From: Rubricoccaceae bacterium
GTDB taxonomy: Bacteria > Bacteroidota > Rhodothermia > Rhodothermales > Rubricoccaceae
NCBI GenBank assembly: GCA_037969195.1
Contig: JBBKWZ010000034.1
Coordinates: 1 to 45,041 of the forward strand
Direction: 5' to 3'
Length of the DNA stretch: 45,041 bases
A program made the position numbers and the translations under genes. Shown piece by piece: positions 44,901 through 45,041 of the stretch; within the stretch, counting starts at the first letter, position 1; each line of letters begins with the position of its first letter. The notes beneath the pieces are model-generated. The model searched no databases. It saw nothing but the letters and a program-made list of their open reading frames with translations, and was not told the DNA's origin.

Positions 44901-45041
44901 TCAATCTCCGATCCGCCGGCAATCCATTTCTTTCCCAGGTGGCGGCGGCATGTTTCCTTGATGACAGCAAAGCCTTCCGCCATGATGTCGTCCAACACGT
45001 CCTCGGCAGCGTCCAGCCAATCATTACCGAGATCGTCAAGC
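41930..45041 (-). CDS. secA: Preprotein translocase ATPase SecA (N-terminus lies beyond the window)
   Basis: MKTGEGKTLVA..., DEVDSVLIDEARTPLIISG, TGTA, TNMAGRGTDI and the C-terminal zinc motif CPCGSGKKYKHCHG. The reading frame stays open upstream of the 44998 Met to the window edge. Confidence 0.95.
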   Translation of the reverse strand, partial: LDDLGNDWLDAAEDVLDDIMAEGFAVIKETCRRHLGKKWIAGGSEIEWQMVPYDVQFIGGTVLHRGSVAEMKTGEGKTLVAVGPLYLNALVGRGVHVVTVNPYLAMRDAEWMGPIFEFHGLTVDCIDRHESHSTGRRASYRADITYGTNNEFGFDYLRDNSFVVDPEQLVQRGHHYAIVDEVDSVLIDEARTPLIISGPVPQSDEDRFKELQPHVDKLVYAQQKIVAHFVSEAEQLLIERDKANEAGESKKARQLEEEAGLALLRADRGYPRSKKLIKMKGEPGVEQLVRKTEFFYLQDNGKRMPEVDEPLHFALDEKLQQLELTDQGREYIAKAAGSDISFFIIPDVGEEIAGIEKKYEQEKKALYDALQADESLTEEKREHKLMNDLGILKNEMEDAKRELYVRFSDRSEHIHAVNQLLRGYTLYEKDVEYIVQDDKVMIVDIHTGRVLSGRRYSDGLHQAIEAKEKVKVQAATQTYATITIQNYFRLYSKLSGMTGTAETEAEEFHKIYDLPTIVIPTNRPIVRADDEDLVYKTKRAKYRAVLDRINEYHQKGQPVLVGTTSVEVSETVSRMLQRAKIKHNVLNAKSSRAQAEAQIVAEAGQKGAVTIATNMAGRGTDIKLADGVTELGGLAIIGTERHESRRIDLQLRGRSGRQGDPGESVFYVSLEDDLMRLFGHDRTARIMDRLGMGEDEVITHKWITKGIEKAQSKVEQNNFGIRKRQLEYDDVLNSQREVIYDRRIHALLGERLQGDILDMLREFVSRTVAQHFGNGDIDEIREDLLRHIAFDLQVDKEEAFNLGEEGLIERILDESTAHYRRKRASLSTPFYRSAKQMMEQADPENSPKKLYVDFSDGRRMLRATVAPDDVLESEGQEINDALERAAVLSVIDSKWVDHLRDLDEVKEGVGLRAYGQKDPLIEYKMEAFSLFKTLIEEIDEEVVGLVFKAGPIVDRGGAKKAAPAAPRARLDRSRANTEHASGQDYSVKIGGNGNQSSADRDPTARAAPVVAGDRVGRNDACPCGSGKKYKHCHGRA

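Overview
This is a densely coded, high-GC bacterial chromosomal window with about 48 protein-coding genes. I recognised no rRNA, tRNA, CRISPR array, transposase, integrase or prophage gene.

Most genes are housekeeping: secA (partial), recN, a RelA/SpoT-type enzyme, an HU/IHF-like protein, ruvX, def, pfkA, aat, prmA, an Mrp/ApbC plus NifU-like pair, pyrR-pyrB, plsY, nadC and accA. Accessory-type genes sit between them.

The lineage is my inference only. A T9SS-type C-terminal sorting domain, an ActA-like multihaem cytochrome at the left edge and visibly acidic proteins suggest a Bacteroidota/Rhodothermota-like, possibly halophilic, organism.

I could not support any clear multi-gene novel system such as a defence island. 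The observations most worth a second look are:
- A membrane-anchored 604-aa protein (22246..24060) built from four copies of a module I cannot assign to a known family.
- An ATP-grasp ligase plus nitrilase-superfamily gene pair (38302..39996). The hydrolase carries Met where the catalytic Lys is expected.
- A sigma-less partner-switching cassette of TM-GAF-PP2C phosphatase, STAS protein and HATPase kinase (24295..27344).
- A GT2 glycosyltransferase fused to what looks like a degenerate phosphoglycosyl-transferase scaffold (2039..4123).
- A tandem AP2-domain protein (18054..18701).
- Several short, phased intergenic repeats: 3 x 21 bp upstream of pyrR, 2 x 17 bp upstream of the DUF58 gene, and 3.4 x 8 bp upstream of the phosphatase gene.

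All family assignments come from reading motifs by eye against remembered family consensus. None has been verified by a database search.
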